A stretch of DNA of 64,000 nt from Kiritimatiellota bacterium (GCA_026398415.1 JAPLSY010000030.1:21306-85305), one strand, 5' to 3'. Counted from the stretch's first letter, positions 45,415 to 56,559 are shown. Numbers and translations are program-made. Notes: generated from the letters alone by a model not told the origin.

Positions 45415-47875
45415 TCACCGGCGCATAACCCGCCCTGGACATCCAGACTTTCCACACACCATTGGCGTCCACCATGGCGGGATCCGCCAGACCATCGCCG
45501 TCAAAGTCGCCCGCCACCGGGAACCCGCCCACCACATAGAGCGGGATCGCAGACACCACCGGAACATATTCGTTGCCCGACAGCCAAACTTTCCAGATTC
45601 CATTGGTATCCACCATGGCGGGGTCCGCCAGACCATCACCATCAAAGTCGCCCGCCACCGGCAGTCCGTCCGCCACATGCATCGAAATCGAAGTCACCGG
45701 CGCAACATATTCGCCGTTCGACAGCCAACCTGTCCAGAAAATGCAATCGGCATCCCTCATGGCCGCATCCGTCTTGCCATCGCCATCAAAGTCGCCCGCC
45801 ACCGGAAATCCGTCCGCCACATGCAGTGAAATCGCAGACACCACCGGAACATATTCGTTGCCCGACAGCCATCCCGTCCAGACGTCATCGGCGCCCACTA
45901 TAGCTGGATCTGCCAGGCCATCGCCGTCAAAGTCGCCCGCCACCGGGAACCCGCCCACCACATAGAGCGGGATCGCAGACACCACCGGAACATATTCGTT
46001 GCCCGACAGCCAAACTTTCCAGATTCCATTGGCATCCACCATGGCGGGGTCCGCCAGACCATCACCATCAAAGTCGCCCGCCACCGGCGGCATACCAACC
46101 GTCAGCGTGGCTACTATAATTTGCGGACTGTTCGTCGTGTCAGCGGAAGTAATCCGGTTGGTCGCGTAATATGTGCCGGCGCCAAGTCCGGCAATGTTGA
46201 TCTGGTTGGTCAACACGACGGCGCCTTTCACGGCGACAGTTTCGGCCGACGGCAACACCGTCAGCCATCCCGATGCCCCCGCGCTGTAGGTGATCGCATT
46301 CGTGTAAGTGAACGTTCCCGCGCCGACGTTGCTCATCCCCGCCATCTGTGCGGCTGGGTTAAATCCCTTATACGTGGCGCTGAAAACAAGCTCATTCGTA
46401 TCAATGAGCATCCCGCCAGCCATGGTGTATTTCCACAGGTCGTTAAGGATGCCAATGCCTGCACTGCTGGCATAGCCATAGCCGCCGAAGAGCCAGAACG
46501 CGCCGGAGTCGTCTCTCCACGATGCCGCGTAAAGGTGCGCGCTGGGCATGTTGGCCGGGTCCGGCACGCCCTGCGTGCCGTAGATCCCTAATTGGTTGGT
46601 TGTATTCGAACCCTTCATCCAAGTCCAATTTGTTGTGGACTGATCGAATTTCCACAGGTCGCTTAAATAGGCGCCCGCCATGCCTGTCGTGCTGAAGCCA
46701 TAGCCGCCGAAGAGCCACAACGCACCTTGGCCATCCGTCCACGAGACCATATCGTGTCGCGCGCCGGGCATGTTTGCCGGGTCCGGCACGCCCTGCGTGC
46801 CGTAGGTCCCTGACTGGTTGCCATTCGTTGAGCCCTTCATCCAAGTCCAGTTGGTTGTGATCGGATCGAATTTCCACAGGTCGTTAAGGACGTCGACGCT
46901 TGCACTGCTGGCATAGCCATAGCCGCCGAAGAGCCACAACGCACCGGAGTCGTCTCTCCACGATGCCCCGGTATAGTGCGCGCCGGGCATGTTGGCCGGG
47001 TCCGGCACGCCCTGCGTGCCGTAGATCCCTAATTGGTTGGTTGTATTCGAACCCTTCATCCAAGTCCAATTTGTTGTGGACGGATCGAATTTCCACAGGT
47101 CGCTTAAATAGGCTTTCGCCATGCCTGTCGTGCTGAAGCCATAGCCGCCGAAGAGCCACAACGCACCGGAGCCATCCGTCCACGACATTGAGCCATAACG
47201 GGTGCCGGGCGTGTTGACCGGGTCCGGCACGCCCTGCGTGCCGTAGATCCCAAACTGGTTGGTTGTATTCGAACCCTTCATCCAAGTCCAATTTGTTGTG
47301 GACGGATCGAATTTCCACAGGTCGTTAAGTATGCCACTGGATGCAAGATCCGTGCTGCCGCCGAAGAGCCACAACGCACCTTGGCCATCCGTCCATGACG
47401 TTGCGAAAAAGCGCGCGCCGGGCATGTTGGCCGGGTCCGGCACACCCTGCGTACCGTAGGTCCCTAACTGGTTTTTTGTATTCGAACCCTTCATCCAAGT
47501 CCAGTTGGTTGTGATCGGATCGAATTTCCACAGGTCGTTAAGGACGCCTGCATTGCTGGTATAGACATAGCCATAGCCGCCGAAGAGCCAGAACGCACCT
47601 TGGCCATCCGTCCATGACGTTGCGCGCATGTGCGCGCCGGGCATGTTGGCCGGGTCCGGCACGCCCTGCGTGCCGTAGATCCCAAACTGGTTTTTTGTAT
47701 TCGAACCCTTCATCCAAGTCCAGTTGGTTATGAAAACGCCGTCGCCGACCGTTGGAACCGACGACGGCGGCGCCGGATAATCAAAACTTCCACTGCGCAC
47801 GGGTGTCACCATCAATCCCAGGCAAATCGCCGATGCAATGATTAACAATCTATCCCTACATGTAGTTTTAAACAT
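45415..47875 (-). CDS. Secreted kelch/galactose-oxidase-like beta-propeller protein with BACON-like linker and C-terminal FG-GAP-like repeats
   Basis: Signal peptide, six ~72-aa WLFGG-containing repeats, five ~47-aa PVAGDFDGDG repeats. Confidence 0.85.
45418..46087 (-). repeat. Five intragenic ~141-bp FG-GAP-like repeats
   Basis: PVAGDFDGDGxxDPA units; units 1 and 4 nearly identical in DNA. Confidence 0.9.
46428..47728 (-). repeat. Six intragenic ~216-bp kelch-like repeats
   Basis: TNWTWMKGSN...YGTQGVPDP.N.P...W.D..GA.WLFGG...L.DLWK units, highly similar in DNA. Confidence 0.92.
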
Positions 47876-48374
47876 ATTTAATCCTGAATCAGTGACGGCA
47901 AATACCGTTACTGATATTTTTATCCGGTATATTGTTGTAGCATGGACCACCGCCTGATTTTTCGATGGCCACACTTTTTTACGCCGCTTCAAATCAATTT
48001 TATGCTCTGATTAAACTCTACCCCTCCTTTTTTCTGGCGTGTCAATGCCGTTTTGGATTTTTTTTGACAGACCCCTCCCATCATTTCGACCCCAGACAAT
48101 CCGTCGTATCTATTTAGCCATTTGCAGAAGACTTTTTTACGATAAAATCCTCGCAAAACCGCATTCAAGGGCAACCTCGCTGCGCTCGGTTGCTTTCAGA
48201 CGGGGATGACTGCGAGATATAGCCCTTATATTCTTTTTACAATACCCCCTTATAAGTTCTCTTGCATTTATGCGCCCAGTCTGCCGTTCTTCACGGCCGG
48301 ACACAAACGTATTGTTCTGGTAATTTATTTTTACCAGGGAGGTTGGCCCGTAATTTTGCAGGGGCTGCCTTGCA

Positions 48375-49460
48375 TCAGGCGGGAGGAGCCACCGTTCCGC
48401 CCGGTATGAATTGGGATGGGATTGGAGTCAAACGACGCAAGCACCGCTCGCCCGTCGCCAACCGGATCAAAGCGCGCACACTGCGGAGCGCATACAGATC
48501 GTCATCCACCTTGTAACGCGCTATCGGCGGCAGATACCAGTCTAAAAAATCATCGTCGTCGCGGCAGATCACGGAAACGTCGTTTGGGACCCGCAATCCT
48601 TTTTGCGCTAAATAACCGGCCAACGTTAAAGCGTGATACGGATGAGAGACTAAAAATGCGGTTGGGGCATCAGGCCTGGTCAGGGCCGGCTCCAGCACGC
48701 GCCGTATATTCGGCACACTGCCGTCATGGTACAGGATGCGCGGGAGGGAGCCGGGCCAGGACCCGCATTGAAATGCGCTGATAAATCCCTGTTCGCCAAG
48801 GAGATCTCCGGCAAATTTTGTTTTTAAGGTCAGCATGGCGATTCGGCGATGGCCCAACCTCAGCAACGTTGCGGCCGCATGCCGACAAACCGCCTCGTAA
48901 TCCACATCAAATTCAACCAGGTTCATTCCGGGATAGCACGAACCCATAACCAGGGCCGGAATATGGCGCCGCATGAACCATGCCTGAATCTCCCTGGTTA
49001 CGGAACATAGCACCCAACTTGCCGCCCGATTCGAAGACACAAGTTCTTCCAAACGCTTCGTAATCGAACGGCCGCGCTGGCACACCATAACATTGACCAA
49101 TAGCTCAAAGCCGGCCACATGTAAATGATGTTCGATCCCGCGGATCAGGAGCTGTAATTGAGACGGGAGGGCATGCAACGGATTGCTGGTCAATACGCCA
49201 ATGACCCGGTTGGCCGATTTCCAACGTGCGCCGGACGCATAGGGCGCGATGAATATCCCCTGACGCGCAACAGGCCGCAAAAGACCCTTGCGGCAAAGAA
49301 TGCTTAGCGCCGCACGTAAAATCGGGCGGCTTACGCCCAGCCGGACACACAATTCGCGCTCAGCGGGCAAGCGTCCGCGCCATTCCTTTGCCCGCAATCC
49401 GGAGGCCACTCCGGCCGCCACCTGCGCCACGAGCGACTGGCGTTGAAATCGTCCGTTCAT
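48375..49460 (-). CDS. Transcriptional regulator, GntR-type HTH plus LacI/PBP-type sensor domain
   Basis: LPAERELCVRLGVSRPILRAAL; LLRLGHRRIA, PTAFL, GLRVPNDVSVIC. Confidence 0.88.
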   Translation of the reverse strand: MNGRFQRQSLVAQVAAGVASGLRAKEWRGRLPAERELCVRLGVSRPILRAALSILCRKGLLRPVARQGIFIAPYASGARWKSANRVIGVLTSNPLHALPSQLQLLIRGIEHHLHVAGFELLVNVMVCQRGRSITKRLEELVSSNRAASWVLCSVTREIQAWFMRRHIPALVMGSCYPGMNLVEFDVDYEAVCRHAAATLLRLGHRRIAMLTLKTKFAGDLLGEQGFISAFQCGSWPGSLPRILYHDGSVPNIRRVLEPALTRPDAPTAFLVSHPYHALTLAGYLAQKGLRVPNDVSVICRDDDDFLDWYLPPIARYKVDDDLYALRSVRALIRLATGERCLRRLTPIPSQFIPGGTVAPPA

Positions 49461-49524
49461 AATTGCTTAGCCGCCCTTGCATGTGTCGCGGAGCAATCAA
49501 TATCCCGGCCTCGATCAAGACGGC

Positions 49525-50358
49525 TCAGGAAATAGCTTGCGGCGCGCAAACAAAATGATAAGGCCGCCGGATATCATAAAATTCGCAGGGCAGATCAGGA
49601 TAAGCATCCTTAAGCATCCGGACAAAGTGCCGCAATCCGATATTTTCGCTGGCCGCATGCGATGTTTCAATTAACACCGTGCCGTTATATTCCTGCGCAA
49701 AGATTTCAGCGTACTCATCCGATTCGCCGCCGATAATGGCTTCCGCGCCATACTCGATCTGCTTGCGCATCCAGTAGCGGTTTGAGGACAGCGCCACGCC
49801 TCCCCAGGCATTACCCACGCGGGTAATCATCTTCCGGCCGTCACCCGTCAAGCGCACACAATCCAATCCGATTTTGCCGGCAACCTGCCGGGCCAGAGCA
49901 TCAGCCGTTTGCGGAGCCGGAAGAGCATACACCTTCTCGTAACCGCCGCCGGCAACGACCTGCGTAATCCCCAACTGCCGCATAAAGTCATCACCGATGC
50001 AGAGCCGATCCAGGCCATAATGAATCTGAACCACAACCAGGTTGTTCTGCTCGGCCAAGCGCAGGCGGACCGAATTCGGATGATCAGGGCGCTCATAGGG
50101 CTGTTCGGCGGGCGGCGAGGTCCATCTATAAATCGGGGGCTGCGGTATTTCTTCAAATCGAAAACACTCATGGCAAACCACCAGATTATACCCCAGACTT
50201 GCTGCCTTTTTCAAAACCTCGGCTGTGGCCATCCAGGTTATCAGTATGCCCTGGACCTCCGTCTCCGCGGCGCCGACGATAACGCCGCCATCGGGAAGCA
50301 TGTCGGCCGAAAGGCCTATCTTGGCGGCCACCCATTCGATAATTTCACCTGCTTTCAT
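49525..50358 (-). CDS. NIF3-like dinuclear metal-center protein
   Basis: EVQGILITWMAT, LVVCHE, QIHYGLD, IIGGE, ETSHAASENIG. Confidence 0.82.
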   Translation of the reverse strand: MKAGEIIEWVAAKIGLSADMLPDGGVIVGAAETEVQGILITWMATAEVLKKAASLGYNLVVCHECFRFEEIPQPPIYRWTSPPAEQPYERPDHPNSVRLRLAEQNNLVVVQIHYGLDRLCIGDDFMRQLGITQVVAGGGYEKVYALPAPQTADALARQVAGKIGLDCVRLTGDGRKMITRVGNAWGGVALSSNRYWMRKQIEYGAEAIIGGESDEYAEIFAQEYNGTVLIETSHAASENIGLRHFVRMLKDAYPDLPCEFYDIRRPYHFVCAPQAIS

Positions 50359-50447
50359 CGTTCTTGTGCCTTTCGGTTGTTGCCCAGGTATTCATCAACG
50401 GCCATTGTCTGCCAATTGCCACATCCTCAGGGGACCGGCCCAGCACA

Positions 50448-52622
50448 TCAATGCGATCCGGAGCGGAGCGCCCGGCGGTATTGGGGAATATCGGACCGCA
50501 GCACGCCCTGCACCTGGGCGATTTTCCACCGCAAATGCGCAGCATCCGTCATGTATTCCATGCTGGGTTCCCAGCCCAGCCGCGAATCCTGTTCGACCAG
50601 CGGTATCGTCGCGCGCGCGTTTTCAATCTCACGCCGCGCGAGTGATTCCAGCGCGTCCAAAATGGCGTGCAGTTTCCGCGGCTGATCGGTAACCAGCAGC
50701 CGTTGATTCAACATCCACCACTCTTTGACATGGATGACGGTGTTGATGGTATTGAGGATAAAACGGCCGAGATTCAACAGGTTCTCGCCGGCGGGCCGTT
50801 TAGGCATCGGCATGCGCGCCAAGGCCTTTTCCAGCGAATGCAGGCCGGAGCGCCAACGCGCCGCCATGCGGCGCAACGCCCGGATTTCCACAGCAACGCG
50901 GCATGATCCGGGCGATTGCCGGGGATCATCCAAGGGCTGATATAGGCTGAAGACGATATTGCTTCCGCTCCACGCATTCCAGGCTGATGGAATTTTCAGG
51001 TCCTTGGTTGAAAAGGATCTCGAAAAATTCGGATGAAAAATCAGAGGATAGGAAGGTCCCACGCGGAACGGCCCGTATTGGTCTTCATTGGTGGGGATAT
51101 AGTCGTGCCGAATGGCATCGCTCCAATCGCGCCAGGCCTTCACGACCAGCGGCGCCGCCCGCGCGCCGTAATCCCGTTGCGCAATGGCCTTGGCCAGGAC
51201 TTCCACCGAAGGACTCGGCGTCCAGAACGACCATTTGGCCAGTTCGCTCACAAACGACGGCCACCACCCGTAATGGTGTGATTCCATTAATCCGGAAAGA
51301 TTCCAGCGCCGACGCGCCGCATGGAGCGCGGCATGACGCCGGGCCCACTGAAATGGGGCGGGCTCATAGGGAATGACGCCGCAATCCCACGTCAGCCCTC
51401 CCGTATTGCTCATCGTGTAGAGCCGCAAATGCCGTTTCTTCGCCACGGCCGCCTCGGATTTGAAATAATGCCCCGGCCCCGCATACGACAACGTGTAATC
51501 AACGCAGACATTGGTCACATTTTCGTGCCGTATCTGGTCAAACATCTCAAAGGTGACCAGCAGGGTAATATCCGTCGGCAAGGCACGGAGCAGGGCCAGG
51601 CGGTCCTTTTCCGGGGCCCACCCCCAGTTATACGTCCAGAACACGATATCGGCCTGCGGACTGTATTTGCGGATCGTGTTTTTAACCAGGTTGATCCATT
51701 GAGGATAATCGCGGCAGGGCCACCATCCGGGACTGGGCTTGGTCGGCGGCAATCCATCGGTCAACGGCGCATCATAGGGCCGTCCCGTGGTCCTTTGATC
51801 GTGACTGGGAAATTCCACGGACTCGCCGACCAGGACCACGCCTTTGGCCCGGGGGCAGGCTTTGAATAACGCGCCGTAGGTGCTGTCATAATACGATGCG
51901 GCATCGGGATCGGACGGATGCTTGGTACTCTTGAGGAGGCTGTACAAATAGACGTCCAACCCGAATCCGGCGGCGCGTTCAACGAGATCGTTGAAATCCA
52001 GGTAACCCTGCGTGGTGTGATCAACCCCGCGCGTAAAGACCAGGATGGAATCGAACCCGTGATGAGCCATGGCATTCAAATGGCTGTCCGGCAACTGGTC
52101 AATGCCCCATCCGGAATGCACCATGCGCGGGGAAAACAGGGGTTCCCGAACAACATCCAGGTTGCGGAGAATGGGCGCTTCCCGCAGATTCATCAGATCT
52201 TCCAGATAGAAGGCCCCTTGGCTGACGCCCCGCTCGTCATGCCCGCAGATTATCACGCGGCCAGGCACGCACAGCAGCCGATAACTGCCCGGCCGCGTAA
52301 CCGGCCCCAAAAAGGCACGCAAGTCGGCCCTGGTCCCCAGGATGATCGTGGAACGCTCGTCCTTGCAGGCCCGGGCTAAGTTGTCCATTTTGATCAACAG
52401 GGTCGAGATGTGCATGCTCGTGAACAGGTAATCCTGAAGATCCTGGGCAGTATTCACGATCAAGGCCGAAGCCGATGCGCTGATGATAATCCGCCCACCG
52501 TTTTCAATCATCCATTCATTGGCGGTTGGCACGGCGTGAATATTTCGCCGGTTGGGCGCATGCACCTGGTTGAGTCGTTGCCGGAATTGATAATTTCGCT
52601 CGATCGCAGAATTGGTTTTCAT
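50448..52622 (-). CDS. Uncharacterised glycoside-hydrolase-like protein (GH20-like N-terminal domain plus TIM-barrel-like core)
   Basis: GSYRL...GRVIICGHDERGVSQGAFYLEDLM, FSPRMVHSG; cytoplasmic-looking N-terminus. Confidence 0.5.
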   Translation of the reverse strand: MKTNSAIERNYQFRQRLNQVHAPNRRNIHAVPTANEWMIENGGRIIISASASALIVNTAQDLQDYLFTSMHISTLLIKMDNLARACKDERSTIILGTRADLRAFLGPVTRPGSYRLLCVPGRVIICGHDERGVSQGAFYLEDLMNLREAPILRNLDVVREPLFSPRMVHSGWGIDQLPDSHLNAMAHHGFDSILVFTRGVDHTTQGYLDFNDLVERAAGFGLDVYLYSLLKSTKHPSDPDAASYYDSTYGALFKACPRAKGVVLVGESVEFPSHDQRTTGRPYDAPLTDGLPPTKPSPGWWPCRDYPQWINLVKNTIRKYSPQADIVFWTYNWGWAPEKDRLALLRALPTDITLLVTFEMFDQIRHENVTNVCVDYTLSYAGPGHYFKSEAAVAKKRHLRLYTMSNTGGLTWDCGVIPYEPAPFQWARRHAALHAARRRWNLSGLMESHHYGWWPSFVSELAKWSFWTPSPSVEVLAKAIAQRDYGARAAPLVVKAWRDWSDAIRHDYIPTNEDQYGPFRVGPSYPLIFHPNFSRSFSTKDLKIPSAWNAWSGSNIVFSLYQPLDDPRQSPGSCRVAVEIRALRRMAARWRSGLHSLEKALARMPMPKRPAGENLLNLGRFILNTINTVIHVKEWWMLNQRLLVTDQPRKLHAILDALESLARREIENARATIPLVEQDSRLGWEPSMEYMTDAAHLRWKIAQVQGVLRSDIPQYRRALRSGSH

Positions 52623-52688
52623 GATCCTTTTTTAAAATCCTTTCGTTATTTCTCAACCGCAGGCGTTTAAAGTTTTCGATGCCGTTAA

Positions 52689-52757
52689 CCCTGAGTGAAG
52701 GCCTGTCTTCAGGCCGTAGTCGAAGCCCGCCTGCCCTGAGCTAAGTCGAAGGGCAGG
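52689..52757. repeat. REP-like tandem CCCTGAG...GTCGAAG hairpin elements
   Basis: CCCTGAGTGAAGGCCTGTCTTCAGGCCGTAGTCGAAG and CTGCCCTGAGCTAAGTCGAAGGGCAG. Confidence 0.6.
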
Positions 52758-52792
52758 GTGATCTATTCATGGCTTTGCATGAATAGATCAGG

Positions 52793-53725
52793 TCAAATGC
52801 TGCAACCGGTTTTAACTGCCGCCCAGCGGGCGTTTTCTTCGATCGTTGCTTCCGTGGTATGACGCGGCTGAAATCCCAGCTGGGTCCTGGCTTTGCTGAT
52901 ATCAAAACACATATGCGCGGCCATAAAACGCAGGCCGGTTTCGTTGATTTTACCCTGATATTTTTTCAGCATGGCTTCCAGGGGCAGATAATTAATGGCG
53001 GCTTTGCGCCCCAAGGCGGCCGCGGTAATTTCAAGGTAGCGCGTCAGGGTGACCGCTTTTTCCAGGCAGATGTTGTAAATCTGCCCGATGCTCCGGCTCG
53101 TTTCCGCGGCAAGCAGAAATGACCATCCCAGGTCGGCGATATGGATGGGCTGTAAAAGGGCCAGCCCGTCATTGGGCAGGTCCAGGGCAATATTGTTGAC
53201 GATGTCCTTGATGAAATCGTTGCGTCGATCGCCTTGATTGTCGAGCGGCAGCATGCCCGGCCCGCTGATATAACAGGGACGGATAACGGTCGCCGGAAAT
53301 CCCTGTTCGTGAAATAAACGCATGACCTTGGCATCGACAATGCATTTTTGCTTCCATCCGGCGCCGGATGAACCCAGGTAAGGCATGGTTTCATCGCCCG
53401 GGATGAATGGCAAAGGGGCATAGCCGCCGGTGGAACTGCAGTGAATATACTGCTTCAGCCGCGAGGCATATTTGACGATTAAATCAATCGTTGCTTCGGT
53501 GGGGACGGTATCTACGATGATATCATAGGCGGTTTTCAAAACAGCCGCCATCTCGGGTTCGCGGGTTTTATCAAGGGAAAGGCGCACAATATCCCGCGGC
53601 AGTTCTGAAATGAATTCCTGCTTTTTGCCGCGCGCGGCCACGGTCACCTGGTAACCGGCGCGATGAAATTGTATGGCGCAATGATGACCAACCCAACCCG
53701 TCCCGCCTAAAATCAGAATTTTCAT
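52793..53725 (-). CDS. NAD-dependent epimerase/dehydratase family protein
   Basis: ILGGTGWVG, YIHCSSTGGY, TVIRP..ISGPG, GQIYN. Confidence 0.88.
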   Translation of the reverse strand: MKILILGGTGWVGHHCAIQFHRAGYQVTVAARGKKQEFISELPRDIVRLSLDKTREPEMAAVLKTAYDIIVDTVPTEATIDLIVKYASRLKQYIHCSSTGGYAPLPFIPGDETMPYLGSSGAGWKQKCIVDAKVMRLFHEQGFPATVIRPCYISGPGMLPLDNQGDRRNDFIKDIVNNIALDLPNDGLALLQPIHIADLGWSFLLAAETSRSIGQIYNICLEKAVTLTRYLEITAAALGRKAAINYLPLEAMLKKYQGKINETGLRFMAAHMCFDISKARTQLGFQPRHTTEATIEENARWAAVKTGCSI

Positions 53726-53937
53726 ACAAGCACGCTTTCCACCGTATGCAGAATAATCCCAAATGGGTCTCATCCTACCCTTGGCCTTCCGATTCCGCAA
53801 GCAAACAACAGCTGTTTGCGCGGTCCCGCCTATGAGATCGTGCGTCCGGCCTTGCGGTTGCGCCTTGCGTTATCATCCGTTTTGCGATAGAAAAAGACGC
53901 AACCAGCAGACGTATTCCTTCACAATCCGGATTTCAT

Positions 53938-55575
53938 ATGCTGACAATTATTTTCATCGGCGTGTTGCTCGTTTTTCTGGCCGCCTATTTTATTTACGGC
54001 CGGTTCCTGGATCGCCGCTTTGACGTGGACGACAAGCGGCCGACGCCCAGCCATACGGATTACGACGGCATTGACTGGATACCGACGCATCCTGTCGTCC
54101 TTTTCGGCCATCATTTCTCGGCTATTGCCGGGGCCGGACCGATCGTTGGCCCGATCATTGCCTCACTGGCTTTCGGCTGGGGTCCCCCATTGCTATGGAT
54201 TCTGATCGGGGCCATTTTTGTCGGCGGCGTGCAGGATTTTTCCGCCCTGATTGCCTCCATCCGCCGCGGAGGGCGCTCGATCGCGCAAATCGCGCGCGAA
54301 ACCATGTCGCCCCTGGCCTTCCACCTATTGTTGTTGTTCATCTGGTTAAGCCTGGTTTATGTGCTGACCGTTTTCACGGACCTGACGGCAGTCACGTTTG
54401 TAGAGGACGGCGGCATCGCGACTGCATCGGTGTTGTTCATTGCGTTGGCAATCGGCTTCGGTATGTGCGTCTATCGCCTGAAAATGTCGGTATGGATGGC
54501 TTCGCTGATTTTCGTGCCCCTGGTCTTCCTGGGGGTCTGGGTCGGCCAGGAGTTCCCGATTTTGCCCGCATGGATTAACAACACCTTGGGATGCGATCCC
54601 AAGAAAGCGTGGTGCCTGTTGCTCATCGTGTATTGCTTTGTGGCCTCTACGGTGCCGGTTTGGATCCTGTTACAGCCCCGCGATTATCTTTCCTCTTACC
54701 TGTTGTATTCCTCGATACTGGGCGCATTTTTAGGCATCCTGCTCGGCGGGTTTCCGATCCAATACCCGGCATTCAAGGGCTGGCAGAATCCCCAATTGGG
54801 AATGTTGTTCCCGATTCTGTTCATTACAATAGCCTGTGGGGCCTGCTCGGGGTTCCATTCGCTGGTATCATCCGGCACCACGGCCAAACAGTTGAACAAG
54901 GAAACGGACGCGCGTAAAATCGGCTATGGCGCCATGCTGGTGGAGGGCATGGTGGCGGTCATCGGGCTCATCGTGGTGGCCATGCTGCCAAAAACCGGCG
55001 CACTCACCAGCCAGGATCCAATGATTATTTACGGCAACGGCATGGCTAAGTTTCTCGGCGTGTTCGGCGTGCCCGCCAAAATCGGTTTTTCGTTCGGGCT
55101 CCTGGCGCTCTCCACGTTCATCCTGACGACCCTTGACGCGGCCACCCGGCTGGGCCGTTATATCTTCGAGGAATTTTTAGGCCTCAAAGGTCACTATGTA
55201 CGATATCTTTCCACAATCCTGACACTGGCGCTGCCGACGCTTTTTGTGCTGATTCCGTTCAAGGATGCCGCCGGCAACCCGATCTCCGCCTGGAAAGCGA
55301 TCTGGCCGGTCTTTGGCGCCACCAACCAGATGCTGGCCGGACTGGCCCTGCTGGTCATCCTGGTCTGGCTGAAAAAAATCGGCAAACCGATCGGGTTCAT
55401 TCTCTGGCCCATGATCTTCATGCTCGGCATGACCGTCTGGGCGCTGGTCATGCTGATCGGCCAATACCGCTTGTCACTGATCGGTATTATTGCCATGCTG
55501 CTGTTTGCGCTGGCCCTGCTTTTAATCGTGGAAGCCGCGCGGGCGCTCAAGACCAAACCGGCTGCGGAATTATAG
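53938..55575 (+). CDS. cstA: Carbon starvation protein A family transporter
   Basis: VLFGHHFSAIAGAGPIVGPI, LQPRDYL, FITIACGACSGFH, TTLDAATRLGRY, WPVFGATNQMLA. Confidence 0.93.
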   Translation: MLTIIFIGVLLVFLAAYFIYGRFLDRRFDVDDKRPTPSHTDYDGIDWIPTHPVVLFGHHFSAIAGAGPIVGPIIASLAFGWGPPLLWILIGAIFVGGVQDFSALIASIRRGGRSIAQIARETMSPLAFHLLLLFIWLSLVYVLTVFTDLTAVTFVEDGGIATASVLFIALAIGFGMCVYRLKMSVWMASLIFVPLVFLGVWVGQEFPILPAWINNTLGCDPKKAWCLLLIVYCFVASTVPVWILLQPRDYLSSYLLYSSILGAFLGILLGGFPIQYPAFKGWQNPQLGMLFPILFITIACGACSGFHSLVSSGTTAKQLNKETDARKIGYGAMLVEGMVAVIGLIVVAMLPKTGALTSQDPMIIYGNGMAKFLGVFGVPAKIGFSFGLLALSTFILTTLDAATRLGRYIFEEFLGLKGHYVRYLSTILTLALPTLFVLIPFKDAAGNPISAWKAIWPVFGATNQMLAGLALLVILVWLKKIGKPIGFILWPMIFMLGMTVWALVMLIGQYRLSLIGIIAMLLFALALLLIVEAARALKTKPAAEL

Positions 55576-55584
55576 GAGTCAATT

Positions 55585-56559
55585 ATGAAAATGGTTAAAC
55601 GGGCCCGGAAAATTCTGGACATTGAAATCAAGGAGTTGCAGCGCGTCCGCGCGCAACTCGGTAAAGGCTTTTCGCGCGCCGTGCAGGTCATCCTGGATGG
55701 CCTGAACCGGGACGGCAAGATCGTGGTCGCCGGCGTGGGCAAGAGTTTTCACATCGGCCAGAAGATCGCCGCCACGCTGGCCAGCACCGGCTCGCCCAGC
55801 GTGACCCTGCATCCCTCGCAGGCCATGCATGGGGATATCGGCATCCTCGGAAGCCGCGACGTCCTTTTGGCCTTAAGCCACAGCGGGGAGTCCGCCGAGA
55901 TCCTGGAAATCCTGCCGGTCGTCAAGCGTCTGGGCGCGACGATCGTGGCCATGACCGGCGTGGCCGAAAGCGCGCTGGCCCGGGCCAGTGACGAAGTCAT
56001 CCTGATTCCCGTCCGCCGCGAAGCCTGCCCCTTCAACATGGCGCCGACCGCCAGCACGACCGCCATGCTGGCCGTGGGCGACGCGCTGGCCATCGTGCTC
56101 CTGGAGACACGCGGGTTCCGCAAGGAGGATTTCGCCAAGCTCCATCCCGGGGGCGCCATCGGACGGACCCTGCTTCTGCGCGTGGCCGACATCATGCGCA
56201 AGGATAAACGCCTGGCGCGCATCGGCACGCACGCCAAAGTCAAGGATGCGATTCTGGCCATGACCAGCGCCCGCGCGGGCGCGGTCGGCATCGTGGACAA
56301 GGACGGTAAACTTGCCGGTATTTTCACGGATGGCGACCTGCGCCGGCTCATCACCCAGCGGAGCGGGGCAATCGCCAACCTGCCCATCCGCACCGTAATG
56401 ACCCGCGCACCTATCACCGTCCGGACAGAGGACCTGGCCGTCGAAGTGCTGAAAATCTTTGAGGACCACACCATTGACGACCTGCTCGTGGTGGACGGCA
56501 AACACCGCCTCGTTGGCATGGTGGATATCCAGGATTTGCCGAAGTTCAAGATTATGTAA
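55585..56559 (+). CDS. kdsD: Arabinose 5-phosphate isomerase (KdsD/GutQ; SIS plus CBS)
   Basis: GVGKSFHIGQKIAATLASTG, HPSQAMHGDIG, APTASTT, LHPGG, FTDGDLRR. Confidence 0.9.
   Translation: MKMVKRARKILDIEIKELQRVRAQLGKGFSRAVQVILDGLNRDGKIVVAGVGKSFHIGQKIAATLASTGSPSVTLHPSQAMHGDIGILGSRDVLLALSHSGESAEILEILPVVKRLGATIVAMTGVAESALARASDEVILIPVRREACPFNMAPTASTTAMLAVGDALAIVLLETRGFRKEDFAKLHPGGAIGRTLLLRVADIMRKDKRLARIGTHAKVKDAILAMTSARAGAVGIVDKDGKLAGIFTDGDLRRLITQRSGAIANLPIRTVMTRAPITVRTEDLAVEVLKIFEDHTIDDLLVVDGKHRLVGMVDIQDLPKFKIM

Noticed and set aside
45418-47728. CRISPR-like array suggested by long recurring DNA repeats
   Set aside because: Repeats are in-frame protein modules (141 and ~216 bp) inside one ORF, with no unique spacers or cas genes.
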